Shown here: positions 38,701 to 51,398 of the stretch, piece by piece
How positions within the stretch are numbered: position 1 is the first letter of the stretch
How the letters are laid out: every line of letters begins with the position of its first letter
NCBI GenBank assembly: GCA_977020255.1
Contig: CDROCS010006113.1
Location: forward strand, 124,001 to 188,000
Source of the DNA: Obrimoposthia wandeli
Taxonomy: Eukaryota
Reading direction: 5' to 3'
DNA: 64,000 nucleotides
Translations under genes and position numbers: made by a program
Notes under the pieces: model-generated
Seen by the model: the letters and a program-made list of their open reading frames with translations, nothing else
Database searches by the model: none
What the model was told of the DNA's origin: nothing

Positions 38701-41700
38701 GAACCGGATCTTTTGCTCAAGTTAAACACTTAACATTATCGTAATAAAATATTTATCCGTTTTCACTTTCGATTTCAGTGCCACAAATTTGCCCTGATTT
38801 ACAGCTCGTTCACGAAAAACATTTATTATTTTAATTACTGCTCACGTACCATTATCAATGTGCAATTTTCTTTGTATAAACAGTTAAAGAATATCCGCGA
38901 AACATGTATAATTGCCTCACAGATCGCCTATTTGAGACTTCTGAACTGACATGCAGTCAAAATTAAATACAATGCCTTTTTTCTTATTACATCAGTACTT
39001 CTTAACCTTAACACAAACCGCTGCGCCATGTCGTATTCACCCCTACGCCAAATGTAATTAGCATTAAAAACTATAATAAAGGAGGTTCAACCATGTAAAA
39101 ATGTCAATTCTCATATAAACATTTTGACAATAAAATATTGATAATGGGAACCTTGAGTCTGATGCTGGATGGCCAGAGTTTCCATATCACGTTCAAATTC
39201 GGTTAGCTTCAAGCAGAGATCCACCCTCTTGCAGACCGCGAGCCAATTCCGTTTTGCTGTTGTGAAAATGTCCATATATTTCAGAAAGTCTGCACTCCAT
39301 CAGGTAAGATGTCGAGAAGGACAATAAAACAAGTTACGATTCCGAAGAAAGATATGGGTACTTCGTCCTGATTTCCTGACTTAGACAAATGGAACTAAAA
39401 ATACTAATCCAAAGGATCATGAATAAATGGTCATGTATGAAGGGTTATGTCAACCAAAACGACATACCCCTTCAAACGTCTTCTTCTTCTACAGGCGCTG
39501 GAAGTAATCGAGGGGATGGGCTGCGTGTGGCAAATGCTTATTCAGCAAATGGGATTTTAGCTTGACAGGTTTCAAGGAATCATTGCACAAAATGTGATGT
39601 TGCAGAACAAGTAGAATGGCAAGCGCGAACCGTGAACTACCGCGACAAAACGAAACGTGAGATAATCATATGAATATTACCGCATCTTCAATTTCTCAAT
39701 GCCAGTCATCGGTATGCACAGAGGCAGACTTTTGTTGCAGCCAGATCGATCATACAATCGAATGGGAGACTGAAAAATCCTTAGAAAAAGAACTCTTACT
39801 TTAAGATGATTGGAATCTTGAAAGGGGGTCACAAAATGTTCTTGTTTTATGCGACAGTCGGGCTCAGCAGTACTGGTATGAAAGAAACAACTTTGCATCT
39901 TATGGAGCAATTTGTAAAGACACAAAATGCAGACTGCAGCATTGAAATATATTCGCTTTAGTTTTCCTAAGATGTCAGACATCAGACATCAGGCATCATG
40001 TTAAGAAAATGCTCCAGTAAGATGATCAAGAAAACAAAAGAAAAAACGCATGAAATGCGAACATCTTTGGAAGTAAAAAAAGGGAAAATTACATAACATC
40101 GTGAGGGGATGCAACCAGACGCAATAAAACAAAAACAAGAAAGTCGGTTCATTGTTATGTTACTTAATCGTTAAAAAATAATTTAATTCTTCAGAGTAAA
40201 TATGACATAGTAACCATTACGTAAACATAGTAAACAGTAAATAAGCCAAACGGAAATGTAGACATAAATATTCACAAAATCTTATCGATACCCTCTTTGT
40301 TTAACTTAAATTACATTATAATAAGAAAAAGAAGCATATTTAACATTCTACAGTTAAATATATATATTACTTTATTATAAGTAAAATAATATAACAATAG
40401 AAACATAGAATATCATTTAATTATTTGTACACTTCACTTAAATCGTTGAAAAGGATTATAAAAATTTACCTATTGTATTTATTTATATTGCATTAACAAT
40501 TTGTTTTCCCAATAGAGATTGAAAATTAAAACTTCCTATTGAATTACGTATATTTCAAAACTTTCATCTACACTACACAATACAAATTAAATGCAAAAGT
40601 AGTATTTAATAATTATATACGTTCTTTCACCTTAATGTATTTTAATTGGCTTATGACTAAATGCCAGTCCGATAACTGGGGATAAACTTTTTATTGTTTG
40701 TAAGATAGATTTTAAAGACATTCTAGACGGGAGTTTATTTTTCCAGTATGGGAAGTTTGAAGTGTGATCATCATTTAATATAAAGTTCCATGTTATATTT
40801 TAATGATAGTTCCCATTATTTTGATTTTTAACTGTTATCATTTTTTCCAACAACTTGTTAATTAAATTGCTATAAAATTATTTTTATTTATAACTGAAAA
40901 TATAACTAAAATTAAATTTCTAAACAAATAACAACTGACAAACCACTTACACACACAATAAAACTGGAGGGAGGGGAAACTGTACATCAATACATCAGTT
41001 GCAGAGTTGTTACTATAATTTTTATCAGTGATTACACCAAATTATGATTATAAAATGTAATGCGGATTTTATGATTAAATTAAAGATCAGTAAAAAACGA
41101 AACAGAAAAAGAAAAAAATCACATATTACACATTCATCTTCCTCATTTTCTTATTCAGCATCAGATGCCAAAAATGTTCCTCTTCTTAGTGATTTCGTGA
41201 AGAACTTTAAAACGTGCATAAAATATTCTTCCATGACGGAATGACTTTCTTTCTGCAGTTCTATCCTAATGACGCTCTTCATTACTTCTTTTCTTTAGAC
41301 TGTTGTTGTCATCCCTTCCATGCCTGCATTCGTCGTTGCATGTTCATGCTTCTTAAGGACGGAAACATTCATTAGGCTCAGTCCTCTACATTACCATAGG
41401 CTCCCACTAAAATCATATTTTATAATATTAAAAAAGTTACTGTTTCGTTTCTTTGACAGAAACATAATTGTTTCCTGTATCTCTTTGCAATATCTGCCCC
41501 TTTACCAACAGTACTCCCTTCATCACCTAAGATCCCTGATCGTATTTCATTTTTTTAATCATGTTACATATGCACAAAATCATACACAACATTTTGTTCT
41601 ACTCCTGTTAGTGTGTTTGTTACACTTTCATAAAATTTCGCTATTCACTTTTTATTCGCTTGCTGATACCTATATTGTATAGCCACTCGTCGAATATAAC

Positions 41701-44700
41701 ATTAGTATTGTGTTTTTTTGCTGACACCTGTCGAAACTCGATAGTCAAAATCATCAAAGTTGAACATTACCTATATTAAATTAAAAATAAAATTGTGAAT
41801 CTGAATGAACTTATTATAGGTCTAAGCAGGGCCTGGGTCGTTTGACATGGGCCTCTGAATTCAAGAGGCCTCCAAAATTTAGATATAATTTTTTTAACAA
41901 ACTATGCAAATCTTTTAAAAAAATTATTTAATATTTTTACGTAGAGCAACAAAAAATTTCCTTATAATAAATCTAATACAACTATGAGAGGCCCAAATTT
42001 TTGGCATAATTCTACTTTCCCTTGCCCCAAGATCGTGTAAATGGTTTGGCAACGCTGGATATTAATTGGGACATAGCGAGAAATTAGGACTATTCCCAAA
42101 TAATAAGTTCATTCGCAGCTCTAAAGACTTGAAAAGCGCTTTTACAAAAATGTTTCAGTATAAAGGGGGCCACATATATTACCTGACATGGGCCTCCAAG
42201 TGGATCTTACAGGGTCTAAGCACACAAACCTTAAAATTGACGATGACACCACAAGGCACATGTAGACACAAAAATAACGGATTGAATGCGACGAAGCCTT
42301 TATTTTACATTATAGAAAAATATTCAATATATGCTGACACATAAAGGGTCAATTAATTAACGTTTTGTGGTCTTTAAAATATGTTATACTCTTATATTTT
42401 TACTCTCTACAAATTATTCGTTGTATTCTTTTTCGGTTCGAATTGATTTAGTACAGCTTTCTACCTTTGCAGGTTCAACTTCAGTTTCTTGTTTCCCTTG
42501 TCTTTTAATATTTTTCCCATTCAGACATTTTTTGCTCACTTGATCCGTCCATTTTTATGGTCAATTGTATATTTTAATGTTTTACACAACTTAATTAAGA
42601 TGAAGAAAATTAATACATGTAGAATAAACTAGAATAAAAATGTAAAAATATCAAAAATTTTAATTTTGTTTCATTAGAACAACAAAACTATAATGTTTGT
42701 AGTTTGTTTTCAATTTTTTTGAATCCAAATATTAATGCATTTTATTACTTACATCATATTTTTTCACAAAAAACGTTTTCGATATTAAATTCCAATTTTC
42801 ACAAACACTTTGAAGAAAGAACAAATGAAGAACTGCGAGAGCAAAAATTATTATCCATGTACCAGAACGCTTTTTAGTACAATAACGAAATTAAATAGCT
42901 TATTATGATTTGAAATTTTACGTTTTTGGCGCTGCAGAGATTCGAATATATTTCTTAAAAGGTTCTTTATTGCCACAAATTAGAAATAGAAACAACAAAA
43001 TCCAGTGCCTTCAGTAGGTAGAAGGATGGAGTCTAGATTACTTGACCCCCCCTGTGTGCGCACACAATGTTAAAGGATTTTTTTTCAACATAAGGGTGTC
43101 TTGCCACACCATAAGGGTATATGTTGCCTCACCATAGAAATGTCACACCATGAAGGTATATGTTGACTCACCATAAGGGTGTCTTGCCACACCATAATGG
43201 TCTGGCTCAGAAAGGTTAAGATAGGGGGGAGGGGGGAAGGGTCAATTGATCTAGTCTCCACCCTTCTTTGGTATACCACTAAAGGGTTGTGGTCGTCCAT
43301 AATTTAAAGGGTCAGGCATAGTTTTGACTTGAAGGTTTTAAGGTATGGTCATGACCGTCTATGGTTGGCCATCACATCTAAAGGGTTGTGGTCGTCCATA
43401 AATCAAAGGGTCAGACTCAGTTTTGACTTGAAACTTTGAAGGTATAATTAAGGTCAACTATGGTTGGCCATAACATCTAAAGGGTTGTGGTCGTCCATAA
43501 ATCAAAGGGTTGGGCTAAAAAAAAAAAAAATTAAATATCAAGGTTTTAGTACATGGTTGTAATCATCTTTAGAAGGTGAATTCACCCATAAAGTATGGCC
43601 GTCCATAAATCAAATGGTCGAGCTAAAGATCAAATCAAGTTTTAAATGTCAAAGTTTGAATACATGGTTGTAATCATCTTTAGAAGACGAATTCATCCAT
43701 ATAGGTATGGTTGTTCATTGATGAAGGGTTAAAGAAAAGTAGGAATTTCATAGTTTCAAGTACATGGTTGTATTCGTCAACATATTACGAGTTTATTCAT
43801 GTAAAAATTTTATGGTCGTCCACAAGTTAAGGGTCAGATTTGGCATAAGTTAAGGAATTATATAGTAATTAATCAATTATTCTATGTGAAAGTTCACTCT
43901 TAACAGTTAAGGAATGTATTACGTAATCACACACACACTATTCTATGTGAAAATTTAGTCTAAAGTTCACTCTTATCAGTTAAGGAATGTGGTTATTAAC
44001 ACACACACTATTCTATGTGAAAATTTAGATCAATGTTTTTTCCTAGGCTTACACATCTAAAGAATTATGATAAAATTTCTTTAAATAACTTAAATTATAT
44101 ATTAAAATTTAAAAAAAAATAATAAGAAAGAAGTTAGAAAATAATACAAAATTAAACATATTTATTATGTAATTTCATAATATCATCTTCAACTCAAGTG
44201 AATAACATTTGCAAAGTAAGAAAATCCATTCTTTATACATTCTTTCCGATTTAACGACTAAGTTACAGCGGAAAAAAAAACAAAACACTAAGTTTAACGC
44301 TATGAATGGAAATTAGTAAAATATTAATTTATTTGAATATTTGAATGATAGTTTGAATAAATGAGAGTTAGATTGAATGTAAATGAATACAAGTATGAAT
44401 CCAAATGAATGCAAATACAAGTAAGAGTCTTAGCAAGTGAATGTAATTTAAAAATAAGAGTGTCGAGAGTATGATTGAATGTAAGTATAATTTAGACTAT
44501 AAGTAAATTAAAATCGATTTTCGTAAGAAACTATAAGAAGCAGTGATATTGAGTTATGTTAAAAGTTAGAATGACTAAGTTACAGCAATATTAATAGAAA
44601 ACAATACTATGTTTGACGGTATAAGTGAAAATTAGGAGAATATTAATGAATTTGAATGCTACTTAGAATGATTGTAAATGAATACAAGTATGAATCCAAA

Positions 44701-47700
44701 TGAATGCAAATACAAGTAAGAGTCTTAGCAAGTGAATGTAATTTAAAAATAAGAGTGTCGAGAGTATGATTGAATGTAAGTATAATTTAGACTATAAGTA
44801 AATTAAAATCGATTTTCGTAAGCAACTATAAGAAGCAGTGATATTGAGTTATGTTAAAAGTTAGAATGACTAAGTTACCACAATATTAATAGAAAACAAT
44901 ACTATGTTTGACGGTATAAGTGAAAATTAGAAGAATATTAATGAATTTGAATGCTACTTAGAATGATTGTAAGTGAATACAAGTATGAATGCTAGTATGA
45001 ATGTCAATACAAGTAAGTGTCTTAGCAAGTGAATGTAATTTAAAAATAAGAGTGTCGATAGTTTGATTGAATGCAAGTGTAATTTAGACTATAAGTAAAT
45101 TAAAATAGAGTTTTCGTATGAATAAAGTTATGTTAAGTTACAGTTAGATTAATAACAAGTAAGCAACTATAAGAAGCAGTGATATTGAAGTATGTTAAAA
45201 ATTAGAACGACTAAGTTATGGCAAGATTAATAGAAAACAACACTAAGTTTGAAGATATGAATGAAAATTAGTAAAATATTAATGTATTTGAATGTAATTG
45301 AATGATAGTTTGAATAAATGACAGTTAGATTGAATGTAAATGAATGCAAGTATGATTGAATGCATCTACAAGTACAAGTAAGAAAGAATACGACTGCAAG
45401 TGCGAATGTCAATTATGAATGAAAATTAGTAAATATATTAATGAATTTGAATGCTAGTTTAAATATGATAGTTAGAATGAATGTAAGTGAATGCAAGTAT
45501 GAATGCAAATACAAGTAAGAATCTTTGCAAGTGAATCTAAAAATGCAAGTGAGTACTAGCTAATTATTAAATTAATACTATCAATCAATGAAGATGATGT
45601 AACAACCTGATGAAGTTATAATAATTAAGATGTTAACTTTCATATTTTCACATAGTTTACCCCATGTTAAAGTTAACCTTTCATACACACTCATGCAATT
45701 AAATAATTAAAATGTCTTATCTCGTTTAATAACATTCCTTAATTGAAATATTTTAAAATAAATAGATAAATTTAAATTCTTTATTTTTTAAATAACTTGA
45801 TTATAAAATTATATTCGTAAATATAATTGAAATTATCATTATTCGTTTCTCTTTTTAACTATTCGAAAATATATTTATATACAAATTTAGTAAATTAACT
45901 CAACAAACAATTTTATTTTTTTTTAATTACTTCATATTTTTGCCTTTCTCTTATCAATATAATATGAATATTCAATTATTTCTTCAAAAATTCTTTTTTA
46001 TGTTATATAATATTTCTTTACCACATAATGTGGTATTTTATCAAGTGATTTTAACTTTAAACTATTAAAATTATTTTAATTATAAAGTTAGTACCTGTAC
46101 CCCACCGACTGCCTATAATATAAATTTCAAATATAAAGTACTATTAAATGTATTCTTTCAAATAGTAAAAGTTCTTTCGAGTTATTTAGTTTTGTTTACT
46201 AGACATTCGAAAATTGACTTGTAAACATAATATTTTTTTGCATATATTTAGTTTAACATTTCTATGGTGAGGCAACATATACCCTTATGGTGTGACACCC
46301 TTTAACTTGGTGTGCGCACACAGGGGGGAGTCAAGTGATCTAGACTCCATCCTTCTACCTACTGCCTTATTGTAAGCGCCCGTGTTAAATCACCCGTCTT
46401 CAGTCGGCACTGCATACATATTTGTATTATAAAACATTTAATAGTTACGTTGCAGCAAAATATGGCTGACATATAAAAAATACTAATATAGAAAATAGTA
46501 TTTTTCTTCTCAATAAATCAATGATTTGCCACACTTTTCAAACTGAGACACTTATTTTAAAGATGAAAATCCGACACACCAGTAAATTTTTAAAAAATAA
46601 AGTCGAAATACGGTAAATAAGAAAACAACAAAATTCATAAATTTGTATTAAATAAAAACTAAAGAGAAACCGGTTCTCATTACAAAGTGCATATACTTGA
46701 AATTCTAAGCTTACTCACATTTCTTCGAAAACTGTCTTTAGTCGCTCTCTCTCTCACTTTCTGTTTGTTGTTGTAGCTAATATTTATCAGGACAGAAAAT
46801 CTTGATTCGCAGAGATAAAAACGGAATAAAAATTTTCAGGGCCAATTTCAATCATGTCCATCTGGATTTTCTACTTTTAATGTAAAGTAGTTTCCAAACT
46901 CTGTTGTCTCTTCTTGTTGATTAATGCTTAAATTCATTCCTTCACATTCCAAAAGCTACAATTTTTAGGAATGGGTTTCCGACATAATCGGAATTGATAG
47001 TTAATAGGTTTGGATATTAATCATTCAAATGTTTCGAAATTATTTTAACTGTACCCACAAATTCTGATAGGAAACATTTCCTATTTACTTTAGGTTTTAA
47101 AATTTTGTATTTTTGCTGTTAACACTTTTAGTTTGTCTGAGCTAGTTAAAATATTCCCCCCTCTGCTTTGAAAACACAAATGTTAAATCTATTGAAATTT
47201 TTGAATACACCTGTTAAGCACACGCACCAAACATTTTCCAAATTCCCTTTTCATTCTTGTTTAAATGTAGTCGACATTTCTTGCTGCATTTCAGAAGCTA
47301 TATCCCAAGTCTTTCCTCAGGATAACCGTCTCATTTATGTATGAAGAAGAAGTAACAACTGTAGAGTACTTCATATTCTTGATTACAATTGTCTACTCAT
47401 AATAGAACTTATCATATCGACATCATACGCTGTAGATGTAACCCTAATGCTTTTACTATTCATACTTGGATATTAGATCTAGACTTTGATTTTTCGCGTA
47501 TTCAAGGAAATCCTTAAATTTACAGAAGATATCAAATAGCTAAACGATAAGAAACATTTTTAAATTGCAACAACGAAAAAAGATTTCAATAATTATAAAT
47601 TTGAAATGAATAAATATCCATTTCTACCAAGTGTGGGCAATTATTTATCCAATAAACAAGAGATGATCATAGAACCTTATTTGATACACTATACAGATAA

Positions 47701-50700
47701 TTCAAATTTTTGTCAACATACCAAAATGTAATCAACAAGAAAACAGTACGATTAGTACATCTGTGAAGACCGCTACCCTGGTGTATAAAAAGTGTCTGGT
47801 TCTTTTTTTCCTTTAGAGTACATGATGATTTTTTTTTAATTGAAATTTTCATATAAGCAGAGTATATTTTGTGGCACCTTCAAGATTCTCATAGCCCCCG
47901 AATGCGCATCACGGCTAAACTATATTTAACGAACATACGACTACTTGATTAAGAAAGCGTGTCGAACTAGCATTAATACAAAACTAGTCAGACATTTAGA
48001 ATAGGCCTAGATCCAAATAAAATACAGATTTTGTGCTTTAATCAAATTCAAAATTACTTTAAAAGATGAGAAAGAAAACTCATCACTTTTTTTCAATGAT
48101 GCTGGTGTATGAAACTTCTTACAACAATCTCATGAATATATTTTTTGATTGGAAGATTAACTGAACTGAAATCGGTTACATTTAAACACAAATATTTATT
48201 TTCAAAAATTACACTGACTAAAATTTTGAATGAAATTACATTTCAACTTCCACATTTTAAAATTGACCATACCATATCTCATGTGTGCAAAATCAAATCA
48301 TGGAGTCCTTTTTCGATAGCCACTCTTTGGCAAATTCAAATCATTAACTTAATCAGCAAAAATCACAACATGTTGACTACTTAGTATATTGACAAACCTG
48401 TTACCACCGAGCGCATTCTGCAGGAGTTTGGTGAGCACGGAGTCTCGGTAAGGTACCATAACCTTCTTCTTGCCATTGGATATATCCGCCAGAGCCTGAG
48501 TTAGAGGTACATCATGAAGTCTAATTATGTTTGAAGTAAAAATTGGTTTCGATTCATGTGTTATATCAGTGTTACTGAATTTTATTACATGTTCTTTAAT
48601 TTTTCATATCTAAATTGTTATTTTTTAGTCACTTCGATGTACTCTTGCGAAAATATTACAGCTGAGCAGAAATGACGTAATGACAAAAATCAATAAACAA
48701 GTGATATTTAAAAAATACTATATATATATTAGAGTGGTTGAAAAACCAAAACTTTATAAATCGCTTTCACACCCTTGATTTTCTTGTTCCATATGTATAT
48801 ATTAGTCTTTGTGCAAAATTTCAAGTCCCTAGGACAATGGAAACCACTCCCCCAATTTTGCAAGATATAAAAAACTTTAATTTTACATTTTTTTAACTAA
48901 AGTTGTGAAAAGTGTATGTGGAATCAAAAGATATTTCATAAAATCGTAAAAGCAGAATAGAAAAATATTTAATCTATATTTCAGTGTTTCAGGAGCTTCT
49001 TTATAGGCTTTGGGTGTACCTTCCTATGGTCTTCAACAACCTGCGACAGAAACTGGCGATGCTCTTCGTCATGTGTAATCACTGAATTGTACTGGCTGAT
49101 CAGCGCCACACCCCGTTCAGCACAATCGTTGACAATCTTTAGTTGGCGTGCGGAAGCCATACACCTTTCGTAGATGGGATTGGCAGACCAGTCTGATGGA
49201 TCCTCTTCTAGGAAGCCATGTGCATCTTCTGGGTCTTCTAATATCAGCCGGAACAGGGATAATGACTGTGATTTCACGAAATTCTTTAATGTTGCAACAT
49301 ACAAATTGTTTATTTTACCCAAGCGATGTAGTCTGCCTTCCGGGTTCGGAGCACGGTGTAAATTGCCAATCATTGAACTCTTCAGTTCCAAAGAGACACC
49401 ATCATCAAAGAGGGTTAGACCAATTAAGTCCTTTGACAGATATCATAGATGTCTAGAAAAATAGTAAGTGCTTGTTGTGCAACTTGCTGATTGGGATAAG
49501 CATTCAGCATGTTCACCATTAATAAGTCATTTGCTGGTGCCTTTGGAACCATCATTGCTTCATTCCAGAATTTAACGTACAGAGTGGTGACGAAGATGCA
49601 AAGTTATGTGATGTCACCCAACTGTTGATCAGTAAGTTGAAACTGCTTGCGAAAGAGAAAAATATTTATTGCGTAAATTGCTTTGGACATCCATCGAGCA
49701 TTACTCATTGACCCTGGTGCCCTGAAACTAACATCACCACCACCTTCAGAACCACGGATGAACAAGAGAGATAAATGCAAAAGCTCTTTGTAATCCTCTC
49801 GTGGGTGATCTCCATTTGCTAACACTTCCTGAAAGTATGGGATCATGGCCACTATGTGATCTTTGTATTCGCAATTGAGGTACATCCATGCCTCTTCCGG
49901 TTGTATGGTTTGAAAATTGTTCACGTCCAGATGTTCATTGCCTTTGGAACTTCTTGAAGATGGCTATATCTGGCCCAGAGCTGGCTCCAAGTGCTGCCTT
50001 GAGCACTTCTCATATCACTAGTTCCATCATATGGTGGCGGGATGCAAACCAAATCAATTATTTGTTCAATTTCTTTTCAATAAGAATACATGCACCTTTG
50101 GTTAGTCCTATATTTGAGGATGTCGTGTTGAGCACAACGCCTGAATATTGTCCTCAAGGCTCCAATCATTGATTGCTTTGATACAAGCCACATCCTGACG
50201 TTATCCAGTACCACTGTTTATTTTAGGAACCGCTAGTAATTTGTTACTGCCACCTTCAGATACTAATATGGATATTTGATCTACTTTTGACATGTGTTGA
50301 CAGAGGTCCGGTAATAACTGAAGCCAGCATCCGGAGTCTGACGCAGCTTTCTAGCTATATTTAAACCTTGTCAACCATACAATATGCATGGCATTTATAT
50401 CAAACTATTTCAATGAATTAATGATTTTAAAATGATTTTTTTATATCTTGCAAAATTGGGGAGTGGTTCCCATTATCTTAAGGACTTGAAATTTTGCACA
50501 GACTAATATATACATATGGAACAAGAAATTCGAGGGAATGGAGCTGATTTCTAAAGTTTTGGTTTATGCATGTAGTTTTAAACAACTCTAATATACATAT
50601 ATGAATTTTTAATTAAAACTATTAATGAATCAAACATTTACTTTATCAACGCTAATAATTAACTCAATTAAAAAAAACATTTATTTAATAGTTATAATCC

Positions 50701-51398
50701 AATTATCAGGTGAATATATTTTACAATCGATGAAATAAATTTAAATTATCTCAATTTTTAATTGTGTTTGGGCTTTTTTCAAATTTAATCCAATTATACA
50801 CAAATCCATGACGAATTAAACAGATAGCTTATCTAAATGTAACATAGTGGATGAGAATATAGCTGCAATAAGAAAAAAATATAAACACAATGTTGAAGAA
50901 ATAACATACGAGGAAAAACCCATGAGAGATGCCATGACTCTTCAATAATTACGTCTTTACTTTACGACATATGAATTGACCAGTCGTGTTGTTTGGCCAA
51001 TTGATCATTGTTACTTGTTACTAACTCTGGGCTACATCAAATTCAGCTGATTGTTGTAGTAGTTAGTGAAAAGTATGACAATGGATTACGATTACTTCTC
51101 TGACTGCGATAAAAAGTGCATAAATTGGGAAGAACGATATACTAATTTATGTGAAGAACAATATGATCACATTATGATACACACTGACAACACCGATTTT
51201 AAACTCTAAACCAACAATTATGTGAGTATATTTTTGTTTCATAAACTAGAATTTTAATGAAATAGAACTAAGGCATAAATACTCAATCTAAGTGACATAC
51301 CGAAATGACGTTACCAAGCACCGAGAGGGATCGGTTGATGTTTGCTCCCTCCTTTAGTCGGTCTCCCACTGCTCCAGTGCTGTCAGCTCGCTCAGATC
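14590..51398 (-). CDS. KIF28: Kinesin-3 KIF28/KLP-6-like gene (partial; 14 exons traced, 5' exons outside window)
   Basis: Spliced translation: [98 protein letters not shown].../[17 protein letters not shown]-like/...[24 protein letters not shown].../C2-like. All junctions are GT-AG with matching phases. Confidence 0.9.
14816..14986 (-). CDS. KIF28: KIF28-like exon (HTFPQ...[16 protein letters not shown]), phase 0-0
   Basis: atgcag acceptor, gtaaaa donor; coiled-coil-like. Confidence 0.75.
15287..15529 (-). CDS. KIF28: KIF28-like exon (C2-like region), phase 0-0
   Basis: gacag acceptor, gtaggt donor; [14 protein letters not shown]...TCNPKFNH. Confidence 0.88.
16150..16830 (-). mobile_element. 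Mariner transposase relic
   Basis: NPYRTCPEL...[11 protein letters not shown] (WVPHEL-like), EAP..KP...[19 protein letters not shown] (HDNARPH-like). Confidence 0.8.
17781..18101 (-). CDS. KIF28: KIF28-like exon (ELYHKY...EDDPFWEP...TFHFL), phase 0-0
   Basis: ttctag acceptor, gtacgc donor; the DPFWEP motif is typical of kinesin-3 stalks. Confidence 0.92.
18862..18949 (-). CDS. KIF28: KIF28-like exon ([29 protein letters not shown]), phase 2-0
   Basis: ttcag acceptor, gtacgt donor; not in the ORF track. Confidence 0.9.
19400..20408 (-). pseudogene. Accessory ORF A and ORF B copies within Polinton copy 2
   Basis: Reverse-complement match to 6935-7950. Confidence 0.85.
20506..21619 (-). pseudogene. 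Spliced terminal Polinton gene with three micro-introns (21317-21361, 21137-21181, 20946-20994)
   Basis: GC-rich exons separated by 45, 45 and 49-nt AT-rich GT-AG segments; exons 1 and 2 join in frame (86+45 aa); later exons disrupted. Confidence 0.7.
21942..22098 (-). CDS. KIF28: KIF28-like exon ([26 protein letters not shown]...), phase 1-2
   Basis: cttcag acceptor, gtgagt donor. Confidence 0.9.
22982..23073. repeat. ~92-bp direct duplicate of 23581-23673 (exon 3' end plus splice donor)
   Basis: aattatctagatctaaaatggaaatgacc...tccaacctttggttaggcctttgacattttc occurs twice. Confidence 0.93.
23647..23796 (-). CDS. KIF28: KIF28-like exon ([11 protein letters not shown]...[12 protein letters not shown]...GLTK), phase 1-1
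   Basis: cgcag acceptor, gttgga donor. Confidence 0.92.
24790..24869. repeat. 80-bp inverted repeat, partner at 30328-30407
   Basis: No mismatch found by eye. Confidence 0.9.
25186..25557 (-). CDS. KIF28: KIF28-like FHA-domain exon, phase 1-1
   Basis: GVIVHYL...[13 protein letters not shown]...KIKVNG...KDRILFG; ctcag acceptor, gtgcgt donor. Confidence 0.9.
26200..26640 (+). mobile_element. Possible pogo/Tigger transposase C-terminal relic
   Basis: [12 protein letters not shown] acidic segment typical of pogo-type C-termini; weak. Confidence 0.3.
27500..28450 (-). mobile_element. Degraded hAT transposase relic
   Basis: Frameshifted fragments ELLQLVLKK (AHTLQLV-like) and [17 protein letters not shown] (TRWNS..M..R-like). 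Confidence 0.4.
29238..29620 (+). mobile_element. pogo/Tigger transposase C-terminal relic
   Basis: [16 protein letters not shown]....[13 protein letters not shown] resembles Tigger C-termini (FTLK.L.EIF.DIE...DPN.ERSM). Confidence 0.55.
30328..30407. repeat. 80-bp inverted repeat, partner at 24790-24869
   Basis: Exact reverse complement; sits within a weak integrase-like relic (VDNGNPF ... HPQS). Confidence 0.9.
31340..31800 (-). mobile_element. CR1/L2-type LINE ORF2 3' relic
   Basis: [19 protein letters not shown]...[12 protein letters not shown] matches HALITSRLDYCNSLL...Q..QNAAARLI. Confidence 0.7.
32910..33134. repeat. Tandem duplication, 111-bp unit containing a (CA)n tract
   Basis: tttaaat.ccttccacttggtctacatcc...atgatcaacta occurs twice (32911, 33022). 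Confidence 0.93.
33191..33305 (-). CDS. KIF28: KIF28-like exon (LEEARKEAE...[14 protein letters not shown]), phase 0-1
   Basis: ttttag acceptor, gttggt donor; conserved PHL.NLNEDP motif. Confidence 0.93.
35425..35528 (-). CDS. KIF28: KIF28-like exon ([17 protein letters not shown]...KNWDAK), phase 1-0
   Basis: tacag acceptor, gtaatt donor; phases match both neighbours. Confidence 0.82.
36829..36910 (-). CDS. KIF28: KIF28-like exon ([10 protein letters not shown]...GLSND), phase 0-1
   Basis: ttctag acceptor, gtaggt donor. Confidence 0.85.
37700..38010 (+). mobile_element. Tc1 transposase relic
   Basis: [41 protein letters not shown]...DE is the classic Tc1 N-terminal pattern. Confidence 0.8.
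38436..38586 (-). CDS. KIF28: KIF28-like exon, end of motor domain and neck, phase 2-0
   Basis: [50 protein letters not shown]; cgcag acceptor, gtgagt donor. Confidence 0.96.
41827..42212. mobile_element. Probable hAT-type MITE
   Basis: Starts CAGGGCC; flanked by an 8-bp direct repeat ggtctaag (41819-41826, 42213-42220); right TIR degenerate. Confidence 0.45.
43279..43620. repeat. ~99-bp subterminal tandem repeats
   Basis: taaagggttgtggtcgtccataa at 43280, 43379 and 43478, then degenerate copies. Confidence 0.85.
44381..45130. repeat. 295-bp tandem repeat (~2.5 copies, degenerate continuation to ~45560)
   Basis: Unit starts at 44381, 44676 and 44971. Confidence 0.9.
48398..48495 (-). CDS. 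KIF28: KIF28-like motor exon ([33 protein letters not shown]), phase 0-2
   Basis: ctcag acceptor, gtttgt donor; kinesin PYRDS motif. Confidence 0.96.
48730..50590 (-). mobile_element. hAT-related (hATm-like) TIR element, internally deleted, transposase relic on minus strand
   Basis: ~150-bp TIRs starting TAGAGT; 8-bp flanks atatatat / atatacat; transposase fragments [10 protein letters not shown]...ARWMSKAIY and [14 protein letters not shown]. The hATm subgroup assignment is from memory. Confidence 0.75.
51301..51398 (-). CDS. KIF28: KIF28-like motor exon (switch II region [25 protein letters not shown]), phase 1-0
   Basis: ctgcag acceptor, gtatgt donor; not in the ORF track. Confidence 0.96.

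Larger units (their letters stand above)
43013..46363. mobile_element. Non-coding Polinton-type TIR element, family B (3.35 kb)
   Basis: ~130-bp TIRs starting AGTAGGTAGAAGGATGGAGTCTAG; flanks gccttc / gcctta (6 bp, 1 mismatch); interior is AT-rich tandem repeats. Confidence 0.8.

Noticed and set aside
39180-40100. GC-richer minus-strand segment including ORF 39677-39982
   Set aside because: Probably a TE relic, but no motif could be recognised, so it was not annotated.
43085-43300. 71-aa ORF in family B element
   Set aside because: Lies within the TIR/subterminal repeats; low complexity, TTG start.
43279-43620. CRISPR-like array (23-bp repeat every ~99 bp)
   Set aside because: The intervening sequences are related to each other, there are no cas genes, and the context is eukaryotic; it is a degenerate tandem repeat.
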